A stretch of DNA of 59,452 nucleotides, the filler included. It is 4 parts of 4 records of this genome, joined end to end, with 100 filler letters (N's around TTAATTAATTAA, not from the genome) between each part and the next. Parts side by side here need not be neighbours in the genome. Positions count along the whole stretch, not along the records: positions 1 to 26,515 come from DRR723986_6840; positions 26,616 to 33,310 come from DRR723986_6856; 2 more parts are not named here. One strand, written 5' to 3'. Positions 20,747 through 30,224 of this stretch are shown here, one piece after another. Within the stretch, counting starts at the first letter, position 1. Every line of letters begins with the position of its first letter. The notes under the pieces are model-generated. The model did no database searches. It worked only from the letters and a program-made list of their open reading frames with translations, and was not told where the DNA came from. A program made the position numbers and the translations under genes.

Positions 20747-21957
20747 GCTTTCATCAGCGCCTTCAGGTCGCTGGCCGGGTCTGCCACAACATCGATCGGC
20801 ACGGTTTTGCCCGCATCGATCAGGCGTTTGCCAATCATATAGGAGCGCGGGTCGTTGGCGGCATCAACCGCCAACAGCTGCGCCCCGGCAAAATACCAAA
20901 ACGAGGCCGCCCCCGGCTTGTCGCCCGCACGCGCCACCACCCGGTCGTATCCGGTGTTCAGCCCGGCGATTTGCAGCTTTACATCATATTGATCAGACCA
21001 GAACCAAGGCTGGGGCACATAGGTTTTTTCCGCGCCCATGATATTTTCAGCCACGCATTCGGCCATATCAATGGCATTGGGCACCGATTCCAGCCGAATG
21101 CGGCCACCTTGGTGGGGAAAACTGGCGCAATCGCCCGCAGTCCAGATATGGGGGTCGCTGGTGCGGCCGTGCTGATCGGCTGCGATGCCATTGTCCAGCT
21201 CTAGCCCCGCTGCCTGCGCCAGTTCGGTTGCGGGCGCAATGCCCACACCAACGATCACGAAATCCACCGCCAATTCGGTGCCATCGCTTAATGTGGCGCC
21301 GCTGACATGGCCATCGCTGCCCTGCAGGCCCTGCAGGCCCACAGCCTCGCGAATATCCACCCCATGACGGCTGTGCAGATCGCGGAAATAGGCGCTGGTT
21401 TCCGGCGCGGCGACGCGCTGCAAAATACGCGGGGCCATTTCCACCAAAACCACCTGCAGCCCCTTGGCCGCCGCCACCGCCGCCGCCTCTAGCCCGATGT
21501 AGCCACCGCCCACAATCAGCACCTTGGCGCCGGGCTGGAAATAGGGGGCCATGGCATCGGCATCGGCCAGATCGCGCACGGTAAAGACGCCACGCAAATC
21601 GCCCCCGATCGCAGCAGGCAACCGCCGCGGCGCCGATCCGGTGGCCAGCACCAAATGGTCGTAGGTCAGGGTTTCATTTGTCAGCTGCACGCTTTTGGCA
21701 TGGCGGTCGATCGCCTGCACGCGCTGGCCGGTGTGCACGCTGATCTGGTTGTCTTGATAGAAACTGGCAGGGCGCAGATAGAGCCGCTCGAGCGTGAGTT
21801 CACCCAACAGATATTTCTTAGACAGGGGGGGGCGCTGATAGGGGAAAACGGGCTCGTCACCCACCATGGTAATGGCGCCTTCATACCCCAAACCACGCAG
21901 TTTTGCCACACAGGCCGCCCCGGCCTGACCGGCACCGACAACAACAATATGCCCCAT
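20743..21957 (-). CDS. NAD(P)/FAD-dependent ferredoxin reductase-like oxidoreductase
   Basis: GAGQAG, PYQRPPLSK, GGGYIGLE, AGDC, WFWSDQY; start set at MGHIVVV. Confidence 0.9.
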   Translation of the reverse strand: MGHIVVVGAGQAGAACVAKLRGLGYEGAITMVGDEPVFPYQRPPLSKKYLLGELTLERLYLRPASFYQDNQISVHTGQRVQAIDRHAKSVQLTNETLTYDHLVLATGSAPRRLPAAIGGDLRGVFTVRDLADADAMAPYFQPGAKVLIVGGGYIGLEAAAVAAAKGLQVVLVEMAPRILQRVAAPETSAYFRDLHSRHGVDIREAVGLQGLQGSDGHVSGATLSDGTELAVDFVIVGVGIAPATELAQAAGLELDNGIAADQHGRTSDPHIWTAGDCASFPHQGGRIRLESVPNAIDMAECVAENIMGAEKTYVPQPWFWSDQYDVKLQIAGLNTGYDRVVARAGDKPGAASFWYFAGAQLLAVDAANDPRSYMIGKRLIDAGKTVPIDVVADPASDLKALMKA

Positions 21958-22054
21958 CCACTGATCTCCCAAATATATCATTGGTCTTGCACTACGCGCG
22001 ACCCTATATCCTTGCCCGTATGAAACGCAAACCCAAGCGACGAGGGATTTCCAA

Positions 22055-22543
22055 ATGACGATTTCCGTAGGTGACAAACTGCCCGAGGCCACATTGGTGA
22101 TGTTGGGCGAGGCAGGCCCGCAGCAAGTGAAAGTGTCCGAGAAAACCGCAGGGCGCAAAGTGGCGCTGTTTGCTGTGCCCGGCGCCTTTACCCCCACCTG
22201 CCATTCGGCCCATGTGCCCAGCTTTATCCGCACCAAAGACCAGTTTGCCGAAAAAGGCGTAGATGAAATTATCTGCGTCAGCGTCAACGATCCTTTCGTG
22301 ATGAAAGCATGGGGCGAGGCCACTGGCGCCAATGCCGCAGGCATCACCATGCTGGCCGATGCCGATAGCAGCTTTACCAATGCCATTGGCATGGCCTTCG
22401 ATGCCCCGCCCGCGGGCCTTTTGGCGCGCTCAAAGCGCTATGCGATGCTGGTGGAAGACGGGGTTGTAACCCAGTTCCTGCCCGAAGAAGGCCCAGGCGT
22501 TTGCGAAATATCGGCCGGCGAATCGCTGTTGGCCAAACTTTGA
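22055..22543 (+). CDS. Peroxiredoxin (Prx5 / redoxin type)
   Basis: PGAFTPTCHSAH, SVNDPFVM, RSKRY. Confidence 0.93.
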   Translation: MTISVGDKLPEATLVMLGEAGPQQVKVSEKTAGRKVALFAVPGAFTPTCHSAHVPSFIRTKDQFAEKGVDEIICVSVNDPFVMKAWGEATGANAAGITMLADADSSFTNAIGMAFDAPPAGLLARSKRYAMLVEDGVVTQFLPEEGPGVCEISAGESLLAKL

Positions 22544-22625
22544 CGCGACGGCGGGCGCGCATCTGCTTGACAGCGCCGCGCCCGCCCGAAACTCTGCCTG
22601 CATGGATCAGCGGGGAGGGCTGGAT

Positions 22626-24590
22626 ATGGCTGTGATCGATGGTGTCTGGACGCCCAGCGCCGGGTTTGCAAACGCCAGCAACATGGCACAGTTCATGGGC
22701 TGGCTGGCACAGCAGGGCCGGGAATTTGCCGATTATGATGCGCTTTGGCAGTGGTCGATCACAGATCTGACAGGGTTTTGGCAGGCGGTGTGGGATTATC
22801 ACGGCCTGACCAGCCCCACGCCCTATAGCGCGGTGATCGGCCCCCCTGACATGCCCGGCGCCAAGTGGTTTGACGGCGCCAGCCTGAATTACGCAGATCA
22901 GGTGATGCGCCATGTGCGCCCCGGCCATCCGGCCATCATTCACCAGGCCGAAGACGGCACATATACCACCCTGACATGGGACGCGCTGCAAACGCAGGTT
23001 GCCACCCTGGCCGCCAGCCTGCAGGCCCTTGGCATCACCCGCGGCGACCGGGTGGTGGGCTATTTGCCCAATAACAAGGAAACCATTGTGGCGTTTCTGG
23101 CCTGTGCCTCGCTGGGGGCGATCTGGTCGCTTTGCGCGCCAGATATGGGGGCGCCCACGGTTTTGGAGCGCTTCCGCCAGATCGAGCCAAAAGCGCTGTT
23201 TACCGCCACGGGCTATGCCCATGCAGGCAAGTGGCGCGACCGCAGCAGCGAGGTGCAAGCGCTGTTGCAGGGCCTTCCCACGCTTAAGCATTGGATCAGC
23301 CTGGATGGGCCGGGCACGATTGACCCGTTGCAAACCACAGCCCATGATTGGGCAGGTTTGCAGGCAGGCACCGCCCGCCAGGCGCCCGTGCCGCTGCCCT
23401 TTGATCACCCGCTTTGGGTGGTCTATTCATCGGGCACCACGGGCAGCCCCAAGCCCATTGTGCATGGCCATGGCGGCATTGTGGTCGAGCATTTGGTGCT
23501 GCAAGGCCTGCATGGCAATCTGGGCCCGGATGACACGTTCAGCTGGTTCACATCCACCGGCTGGATCATGTGGAACGCGCAGGTCGGCGGGCTGCTGACA
23601 GGCGCCACAATTGCCCTGGCCGAGGGCAACCCAAACCACCCCGATGGCGGGCGCCTGTGGCGCTTTATCGAACAGGCGGGTGTTACCTCGTTTGGCGCTG
23701 GGGCGGCTTGGTTTATTGGCATGGCCAAATCCGATATCGAGCCTGCCAAAATCGCCGATCTGTCACGCCTGCGCGCTGTGGGGGCAACCGGCTCGCCCCT
23801 GCCGCCCGAGGCCTACGCCTGGATATGGGACAAGATCGGCCCGCATATCTGGCTGGCCCCCATTGCCGGGGGCACCGATTTCGCCGGCGCCTTTTTGGCA
23901 GGCAACCCCATGTTGCCCGTGCGCATAGGCGAGATGCAATGCCGCGCCCTGGGTGCTGCGGTGCAGGCCTTTGACGATCAGGGCCAACCCGTGATCGATG
24001 ATGTGGGCGAGCTGGTTTGCACCGCACCCATGCCCTCGATGCCGCTGTATTTTTGGGGTGATGCGGGCGATGCGCGCTATAAATCCAGCTATTTCGAAAC
24101 CTTCCCAGGCGTCTGGCGCCATGGCGATTGGGTGAAAATCAGCCCCCAGGGCGGCGCCATCATCTATGGCCGCTCGGATGCCACGATCAACCGCCATGGC
24201 ATTCGCATGGGCACGGCCGATATTTACCGCGTCGTCGAAGACCGCACCGAGGTGGCCGATAGCTTGGTGGTGGATCTGGAATATCTGGGCAAACCCAGCT
24301 GTATGATCTTGTTTTTGAAACTGGCAGACGGCGCGGCCCTAAATGACGCGTTGCAAGCGCGCATCATTGGCGATCTGAAACAGCGCGCCTCGCCGCGCCA
24401 TGTGCCAGATATCATCTGCGCTGCACCCGATATTCCCTACACCCTGACCGGCAAAAAGATGGAAGTGCCGATCAAAAAGCGCCTGCTGGGCCAGCCCATG
24501 GCCAAGGTGGCCACCGCCGATGCCATGGCAAACCCGGCCTGCCTGGGCTGGTATGACAGCTATGCGCAGGATTATCTGGCGGGGGCTTAA
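22626..24590 (+). CDS. Acetoacetate--CoA ligase
   Basis: YSSGTTGSPK, TSTGWIMWN, TGSPL, GGTD, WRHGDW, GRSDATINRHGIRMG, GKKMEVPIK. Confidence 0.9.
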   Translation: MAVIDGVWTPSAGFANASNMAQFMGWLAQQGREFADYDALWQWSITDLTGFWQAVWDYHGLTSPTPYSAVIGPPDMPGAKWFDGASLNYADQVMRHVRPGHPAIIHQAEDGTYTTLTWDALQTQVATLAASLQALGITRGDRVVGYLPNNKETIVAFLACASLGAIWSLCAPDMGAPTVLERFRQIEPKALFTATGYAHAGKWRDRSSEVQALLQGLPTLKHWISLDGPGTIDPLQTTAHDWAGLQAGTARQAPVPLPFDHPLWVVYSSGTTGSPKPIVHGHGGIVVEHLVLQGLHGNLGPDDTFSWFTSTGWIMWNAQVGGLLTGATIALAEGNPNHPDGGRLWRFIEQAGVTSFGAGAAWFIGMAKSDIEPAKIADLSRLRAVGATGSPLPPEAYAWIWDKIGPHIWLAPIAGGTDFAGAFLAGNPMLPVRIGEMQCRALGAAVQAFDDQGQPVIDDVGELVCTAPMPSMPLYFWGDAGDARYKSSYFETFPGVWRHGDWVKISPQGGAIIYGRSDATINRHGIRMGTADIYRVVEDRTEVADSLVVDLEYLGKPSCMILFLKLADGAALNDALQARIIGDLKQRASPRHVPDIICAAPDIPYTLTGKKMEVPIKKRLLGQPMAKVATADAMANPACLGWYDSYAQDYLAGA

Positions 24591-25234
24591 CCCGCCAGCA
24601 TCCGCAGGCCCTGGGTGACATCGGTGCGCACCGCAAGGCGCAGGCCCGGTTCGTCGCCCGCGCGCAAAGCGGCCAAAATCAGCCTGTGGTTATGGGGCGG
24701 CTCTTTGCGCTGCAGCCGCCCGTATAGCCGCCGCATTGTGGGGCCCAGCTGCAACCACACGGTTTCGGCCATGGCCAGCATGGCCGGGGCCTGGGCGCGC
24801 AAATACAAGGTGCGGTGAAATTCCAGGTTGGTGCGAATATAGCCCACCGCATCTTGTTTCACGACCATTTCACTGACGCTGGCATTGATGGTTTGCAACC
24901 GCTCGATCAGGGCCAGGTGGGCGCGCGGCAGGGCACGGCTGGCCAGCTCTACCTCGATCAGGCTGCGCAGCGCGGCCAGCTCTTCGATTCGGTCATTGGA
25001 CAATTCCGGCGTTGAAACCCGCCCCGAGCTGCTAAGCGTCAGCGCGCCTTCGGCCACCAGGCGCCGCACCGCCTCGCGCGCAGGCGTCATCGAGACGCCA
25101 AATTCCTTGCCAATGCCCCGCAGTGTCAGCGCCTGGCCCGGTGCCATATCACCATGCATGATTCGCGTGCGCAGCCCGCGATACACGCGATCATGCGCCG
25201 ATGGGGTTGGATCTGGGCGGGATGTGACAAGCAT
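24587..25234 (-). CDS. GntR/FCD family transcriptional regulator
   Basis: GVSMTPAREAVRRL HTH; NLEFH and HNH in FCD domain. Confidence 0.9.
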   Translation of the reverse strand: MLVTSRPDPTPSAHDRVYRGLRTRIMHGDMAPGQALTLRGIGKEFGVSMTPAREAVRRLVAEGALTLSSSGRVSTPELSNDRIEELAALRSLIEVELASRALPRAHLALIERLQTINASVSEMVVKQDAVGYIRTNLEFHRTLYLRAQAPAMLAMAETVWLQLGPTMRRLYGRLQRKEPPHNHRLILAALRAGDEPGLRLAVRTDVTQGLRMLAG

Positions 25235-25265
25235 GGGTGATATGTGATCACAAACCAGGGGCAGG

Positions 25266-25961
25266 TCAATCCACGAATCGGTAGCTGTGCAACCCTGCCC
25301 CATGCTGGCGCAACCATTGCCGCGGCGGGCGATAATCGCCGTAAAGCTGCTGCACCAAGGCCCAGAACGCAGGCGAGTGATTCATTTCGCGCAAATGCGC
25401 CACCTCGTGGGCGGCAACATAGCGCAGCACATCGGGGGGCGCCATGATCAGCCGCCACGAATACATCAGCCCCGCATCCGCCGTGCATGACCCCCAGCGC
25501 GAGCGCGTATCGCGCAGGCTAAGCCGCTGGTAGCCACGCCCCAAACGGCTGGCATAATGATCCGAGGTCGCCACCAGCCGTTCGCGGGCAAGCACCTTTA
25601 AAAAGCCCTGCAAACGCGCAGCCAGCCCCGCCCCGCCCCGCGGCACCAGCAGGCAATCGCCCTGTATCTGTGGGCTGCGCCCGCTTTCGGCCTGTTGCAA
25701 CCGCAGCATCTGCCCCTCAACCGGCAGCAAGGCCCCCAGCGCCACGGGCCTGTGGCCGGGGGCATCGGCCAAATGCTGGCGCAGCCAATCGGCTTTTTCC
25801 TCGGCAAAGGCCAGGCCCTGCGCCACAGGCACATGGGTGGGTATCGTCAGCGTGACGCTGCGATCTAGCCGCGACAGGCGCAGCGACATGCGCTTGGCCC
25901 GACCAGATTTTTTCAGCAAAACCTCGATAGGAGGGTTGCCGCCAATCAGATGTTTGCCCAT
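25266..25961 (-). CDS. M48/YgjP-like metal-dependent hydrolase
   Basis: RSRWGSC, YVAAHEVAHL (HExxH), NHSPAFW; start set at MGKHLIG. Confidence 0.88.
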   Translation of the reverse strand: MGKHLIGGNPPIEVLLKKSGRAKRMSLRLSRLDRSVTLTIPTHVPVAQGLAFAEEKADWLRQHLADAPGHRPVALGALLPVEGQMLRLQQAESGRSPQIQGDCLLVPRGGAGLAARLQGFLKVLARERLVATSDHYASRLGRGYQRLSLRDTRSRWGSCTADAGLMYSWRLIMAPPDVLRYVAAHEVAHLREMNHSPAFWALVQQLYGDYRPPRQWLRQHGAGLHSYRFVD

Positions 25962-26072
25962 ATCCAGCCCGATCAAATGCCGCATTTGCGACATAGCCTT
26001 TGACACACCGCCCCCGTTATGGCAGGGGACGCGGATTGCCCACAAGACAAGAGATACAAAAGAGGGATCTCC

Positions 26073-26396
26073 ATGGCCAAGGAAGAATGGGGCGTAAAGC
26101 GCGTGTGCCCGACCACGGGGAAACGCTTTTACGACCTGAACAAATCGCCGATCGTCAGCCCCTACACGGGGGAAGTGGTTGAATTGGATACCGGCAAGCG
26201 CAGCATGATTGCAGCCGATGCCGAGGATGCAGCGACCAAGAAAATGAAAGTCGCCGATGTGGCGGATAGTGATGATGATCTGCTCGACGATGATGATGTC
26301 GACATGGATCTTGATGATGATCTGCTGGAAGAAGACGACGACGACAATGTCTCGCTTGACGAGCTGACAGATGTGGCATCGGAAGACGAAGATTAA
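26073..26396 (+). CDS. TIGR02300 (FYDLN-acid) family protein
   Basis: MAKEEWGVKRVCPTTGKRFYDLN plus very acidic C-terminus. Confidence 0.92.
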   Translation: MAKEEWGVKRVCPTTGKRFYDLNKSPIVSPYTGEVVELDTGKRSMIAADAEDAATKKMKVADVADSDDDLLDDDDVDMDLDDDLLEEDDDDNVSLDELTDVASEDED

Positions 26397-26485
26397 ATAA
26401 CACACCGCGGGCGGTTTTTTTCGCTTGATCCCGCCCGCGGCTTTGCCTAGATACCGGCGCACAGGCGGCAACGCCTGAAAATGAT

Positions 26486-26515
26486 GGGGCCTTAGCTCAG
26501 TTGGGAGAGCGCTTG
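26486..26515 (+). tRNA. tRNA-Ala, 5' fragment truncated at contig end (probably GGC; anticodon not visible)
   Basis: GGGGCCTTAGCTCAGTTGGGAGAGCGCTTG = acceptor stem, D arm and start of anticodon stem; upstream TTGATC-17nt-TAGATA promoter-like spacing. Confidence 0.85.
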
Positions 26516-26615
26516 NNNNNNNNNNNNNNNNNNNNNNNNNNNNNNNNNNNNNNNNNNNNTTAATTAATTAANNNNNNNNNNNNNNNNNNNNNNNNNNNNN
26601 NNNNNNNNNNNNNNN
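26516..26615. other. Artificial contig linker 1
   Basis: N44-TTAATTAATTAA-N44 (stops in all six frames). Confidence 0.98.
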
Positions 26616-26691
26616 GGACAACATGGTGCGGATGCCGCTGGAACGGATGTTCCTGGCCCTGCGCCGGAACAAAGCGGCGGGGGCGAACTGA
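26616..26691 (+). CDS. 3' end of upstream ABC transporter permease (partial)
   Basis: ...DNMVRMPLERMFLALRRNKAAGAN*; TGATG overlap with the next permease. Confidence 0.6.
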
Positions 26692-27659
26692 TGGATTATA
26701 TGACGCTCATCCAGCTGCTCGACAGCTCTGTCCGTCTGGCGACACCTTTGTTGCTGGCCTGTCTTGCGGGGCTTTTCAGCGAACGCGCGGGCATTTTTGA
26801 CATCGGCCTTGAGGGCAAGATGCTGGCCGCCGCGTTCTTTTCCGCTGCGCTGGCTTCTGTCACCGGCTCCGTCTGGCTTGGCCTTCTGGCAGGCATCGGT
26901 GCATCGCTGATGCTCAGCGCGCTGCACGGGGTCGCCTCCATCACCTTCCGCGGCAATCAGTTGATCTCTGGTGTGGCGATCAATTTCCTTGCCGCTGGCA
27001 TGACTGTGCTGATTGCGCAGGATTGGTTCAAACAGGGCGGGCGCACGCCCTCGCTGACGGGGGATGCAAGGTTTGAGGGGATCACCCTGCCCGGCGCAGA
27101 CGCGGTGGCGACTGTGCCAATCATCGGCCCGCTCTATTCGGAACTGATCTCGGGCCATTCCATTTTGGTCTACATGGCATTGGCCGCTGTGCCACTGACA
27201 TGGTGGCTGCTCTACCGCACCCGCTTTGGCCTGCGTCTGCGGGCGGTGGGGGAAAACCCCGCGGCGGTGGACACGGCCGGTGTTTCGGTGATCGGGCTGC
27301 GCTATGCCGCCGTAGCGATCTGCGGCATCCTGTGCGGCATTGCCGGCGCATACCTCAGCACGGCCTTGCAGGCCGGTTTTGTCAAAGACATGTCTGCCGG
27401 GCGCGGGTTTATCGCACTGGCCGCACTGATCTTTGCCAAGTGGCGGCCATGGTATGCGCTTTGGGCGACATTGCTGTTTGGTCTGTTTGGCGCACTGGAA
27501 ACCCGCCCCGACGTGATCGAAGGTGTGATCGGCATGAAGGTGCAAGGACAGCTTTTGGGCGCTTTGCCCTACCTGATGACGGTGATCATTCTGGCCGGTT
27601 TTGTCGGCAAGGCGATTCCCCCCCGCGCTGGCGGTGAACCCTACGTCAAGGAACGCTAA
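26691..27659 (+). CDS. Nucleoside/purine-type ABC transporter permease
   Basis: RLATPLLLA, SERAGIFDIGLEG, GLRLRAVGENP, GRGFIALAALIF. Confidence 0.88.
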   Translation: MDYMTLIQLLDSSVRLATPLLLACLAGLFSERAGIFDIGLEGKMLAAAFFSAALASVTGSVWLGLLAGIGASLMLSALHGVASITFRGNQLISGVAINFLAAGMTVLIAQDWFKQGGRTPSLTGDARFEGITLPGADAVATVPIIGPLYSELISGHSILVYMALAAVPLTWWLLYRTRFGLRLRAVGENPAAVDTAGVSVIGLRYAAVAICGILCGIAGAYLSTALQAGFVKDMSAGRGFIALAALIFAKWRPWYALWATLLFGLFGALETRPDVIEGVIGMKVQGQLLGALPYLMTVIILAGFVGKAIPPRAGGEPYVKER

Positions 27660-27798
27660 GTTTCGGCCCCCCGAAACGGGGGCCAGACAGCCCAAATCAG
27701 CGGCAGATAAGTCCAGTTTATCAAGGGTGATGAGCCCATTTCGCTGCGAGGTATCAGGTATGGTTGATTTCCCGCGTTAACTTGCGCTAAGGGATGCC

Positions 27799-28713
27799 AT
27801 GCAAATCTACCTCCCCATCGCCGAGGTTTCGGTCAATGCCTTCCTTCTGTTGGGGCTCGGCGGCCTTGTTGGCATCCTGTCCGGCATGTTCGGCGTGGGC
27901 GGCGGCTTTTTGATGACGCCGCTGTTGTTCTTTATCGGCATCCCGCCCGCCGTGGCTGTGGCCACCGAGGCGAACCAGATTGTGGCCTCCTCCTTCTCCG
28001 GCGTTCTTGCCCATTTCAAGCGAAGGACCGTGGATCTCAGGATGGGCACGGTGCTGCTGATCGGGGGTCTGATCGGTGCGGCACTGGGTGTGATGGTGTT
28101 CAACTACCTCAAGGCGCAGGGTCAGGTCGATCTGCTGGTCAAGCTTTGCTATGTCGTGTTTCTGGGTGTCATCGGCGGGCTGATGTTCTTTGAATCGCTC
28201 AAGGCGATCCGCAACACCAAACGCGGCAAACCGCCCGCCCGCAAGAAACACAACTGGATCCACGGGTTGCCGTTCAAGATGCGCTTTCGGGTGTCGGGGC
28301 TTTATATCTCAGTGATCCCGCCTGTGGTCGTTGGTATTGCCGTGGGCATTCTGGCCGCGATCATGGGTGTTGGCGGCGGCTTTATCATGGTGCCTGCAAT
28401 GATCTATCTGCTGGGCATGCCGACCAAAGTGGTTGTGGGCACATCCCTGTTCCAGATTATCTTTGTGACCGCATTCACCACCATGCTGCACGCGACGACC
28501 AACTATACCGTGGACATCGTATTGGCGGTACTGCTGCTGGTGGGCGGTGTGATCGGCGCACAGATCGGCACCCGGATCGGGGTCAAGATGAAGGCCGAAC
28601 AATTGCGTATCCTGCTGGCGCTGATGGTGCTGGCTGTCTGCGGCAAGCTGGCGCTGGATCTGCTTTTGCAGCCAAGTGAGGTGTTCTCGCTTGGTGCGGC
28701 AGGTGGCCACTGA
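27799..28713 (+). CDS. TauE/SafE (sulfite exporter) family membrane protein
   Basis: MQIYLPIAE, repeated GVGGGF motifs, VGTSLFQI. Confidence 0.9.
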   Translation: MQIYLPIAEVSVNAFLLLGLGGLVGILSGMFGVGGGFLMTPLLFFIGIPPAVAVATEANQIVASSFSGVLAHFKRRTVDLRMGTVLLIGGLIGAALGVMVFNYLKAQGQVDLLVKLCYVVFLGVIGGLMFFESLKAIRNTKRGKPPARKKHNWIHGLPFKMRFRVSGLYISVIPPVVVGIAVGILAAIMGVGGGFIMVPAMIYLLGMPTKVVVGTSLFQIIFVTAFTTMLHATTNYTVDIVLAVLLLVGGVIGAQIGTRIGVKMKAEQLRILLALMVLAVCGKLALDLLLQPSEVFSLGAAGGH

Positions 28714-29480
28714 TGCGGATGCTTTTGCCTTTGTTGCTGGCGGCGTTGTTTCTGGCTTTGCCAGCGCGGGCCAACGAAGAGATTGTTTTGGGTCTCAGTC
28801 AGGCTGAGGTGTCCATCACCACCAATTTCAACGGCTCCGAGATCCTCGTCTATGGCGCGGTCAAACGTGACCAACCCATTCCAGACGGACCAGAGCTGCA
28901 CGTGGTGATGACAGTGTCCGGCCCGTCCGAGCCGGTTGTCGTGCGCCGCAAGGAAAAACGGTTTGGCATCTGGGTCAATACCGAGGCTGTCGAAGTCGAC
29001 CGCGCCCCGAGCTATTATGCCGTGGTGACAAGCGGACCGATGCTCGACGTGCTGAAACGGACAGAAGACCTGCGCCACAAGGTGTCCATCCCCCGCGCGA
29101 TCCGGTCCGTGGGCGCGCCAATGGAGATTGCTGATGCCGCCAGCTTTACCGAGGCGCTGATCCGCATTCGTAAAAAGGCCGAACAATATCAGGTGATCGA
29201 AGGCGGCGTGACCGTGGACGAACAGACCCTGTTCCGCGCTGCCGTGCGCCTGCCTGCGGCTCTGACCGAAGGTGCCTATGACACCCGGATTTTCCTGACC
29301 CGTGGTGGTAATGTGGTCGCGCAATACGAGACCATCATCGACGTGCGCAAGGTCGGGCTGGAACGTTGGCTGTTCACCCTGTCGCGGGAAAACGCGTTTC
29401 TCTATGGCTTGATGTCACTGGCCATTGCCATCGCCGCAGGCTGGGGCGCTTCCGCGATCTTCTCGGTGTTCCGCCGGTAG
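28713..29480 (+). CDS. TIGR02186 family protein
   Basis: Signal peptide, ITTNFNG, RRKEKRFGIWVN, LFRA, KVGLE, C-terminal TM; typical partner of the TauE gene. Confidence 0.85.
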   Translation: MRMLLPLLLAALFLALPARANEEIVLGLSQAEVSITTNFNGSEILVYGAVKRDQPIPDGPELHVVMTVSGPSEPVVVRRKEKRFGIWVNTEAVEVDRAPSYYAVVTSGPMLDVLKRTEDLRHKVSIPRAIRSVGAPMEIADAASFTEALIRIRKKAEQYQVIEGGVTVDEQTLFRAAVRLPAALTEGAYDTRIFLTRGGNVVAQYETIIDVRKVGLERWLFTLSRENAFLYGLMSLAIAIAAGWGASAIFSVFRR

Positions 29481-29528
29481 TTCAAAGACCATCGGCGGCT
29501 GCGCCTGGGTGCGGGCCTAGGCTGCCCC

Positions 29529-30224
29529 CTACCCGCGTCCGATATAGGGCATCTTGGTCGCCATCACTGTCAGGAATTGCACATTCGCCTCCAGCGGCAG
29601 CTGCGCCATATGCAGCACCGATTTTGCGGCATGATCCACATCCATGGTTTGCATCTCCGGTTGCTTTTCCTTGAGCGCCGCCACCAGCTCGCTTTCGGCG
29701 TTGCCGATGTCGATTTGCCCGCAGGCGATGTTCAACTCCCGACCATCCAGCGAAAGCGACCGCGTCAATCCGGTAATCGCGTGTTTGGTTGTAGTGTAAC
29801 ACACCGATCCAGGGCGCGGCACATGGGCCGACAGTGATCCGTTGTTGATGATCCGCCCGCCGCCCTGCGCCCGCATCCGCGCAAAGGCCAGACGCGCGGC
29901 GATGAACATGCCGTTCAGGTTCACACCCATGACCTGCGCCCAGTCATCCAAGGCAACCTCATCAATCGGGCCAGCGGGGCCAAACATGCCAGCATTGTTG
30001 AACAACACATCCAGATCGCCAAAGCGGTCAAAGGCCGCCTGCATCGCATCGGCATCCGTCACATCGGCGGGCAAGGCCACTGCGTTTTTATGCTCTGCCG
30101 CCATCTCTTCCAGCACATCCGCCCGCCGCGCAATCAGCCCCACACGCCAGCCTTCGCTCAAAAACAACTCAGCCGTGGCGCGGCCAATGCCGGAGCTGGC
30201 ACCGGTGATGATAATCGACGTCAT
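29529..30224 (-). CDS. SDR family oxidoreductase
   Basis: TGASSGIG, NNAG, YTTTK, QIDIGNA. Confidence 0.9.
   Translation of the reverse strand: MTSIIITGASSGIGRATAELFLSEGWRVGLIARRADVLEEMAAEHKNAVALPADVTDADAMQAAFDRFGDLDVLFNNAGMFGPAGPIDEVALDDWAQVMGVNLNGMFIAARLAFARMRAQGGGRIINNGSLSAHVPRPGSVCYTTTKHAITGLTRSLSLDGRELNIACGQIDIGNAESELVAALKEKQPEMQTMDVDHAAKSVLHMAQLPLEANVQFLTVMATKMPYIGRG

Noticed and set aside
20743-22392. Extended ORF-track starts suggesting fusions (549-aa reductase, 742-aa PimF, 405-aa deacylase, 338-aa ZnuB, 401-aa M48, 336-aa GNAT)
   Set aside because: The extensions overlap neighbouring real genes; family homology begins at the internal starts used above.
26270-26396. GATGAT/GACGAC low-complexity run
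   Set aside because: Normal acidic tail of the TIGR02300 family.
26560-26571. TTAATTAATTAA palindrome (also 33355-33366 and 39391-39402) as a CtrA-like site or biological repeat
   Set aside because: Identical, centred in fixed-length N runs; it is a six-frame-stop assembly linker.
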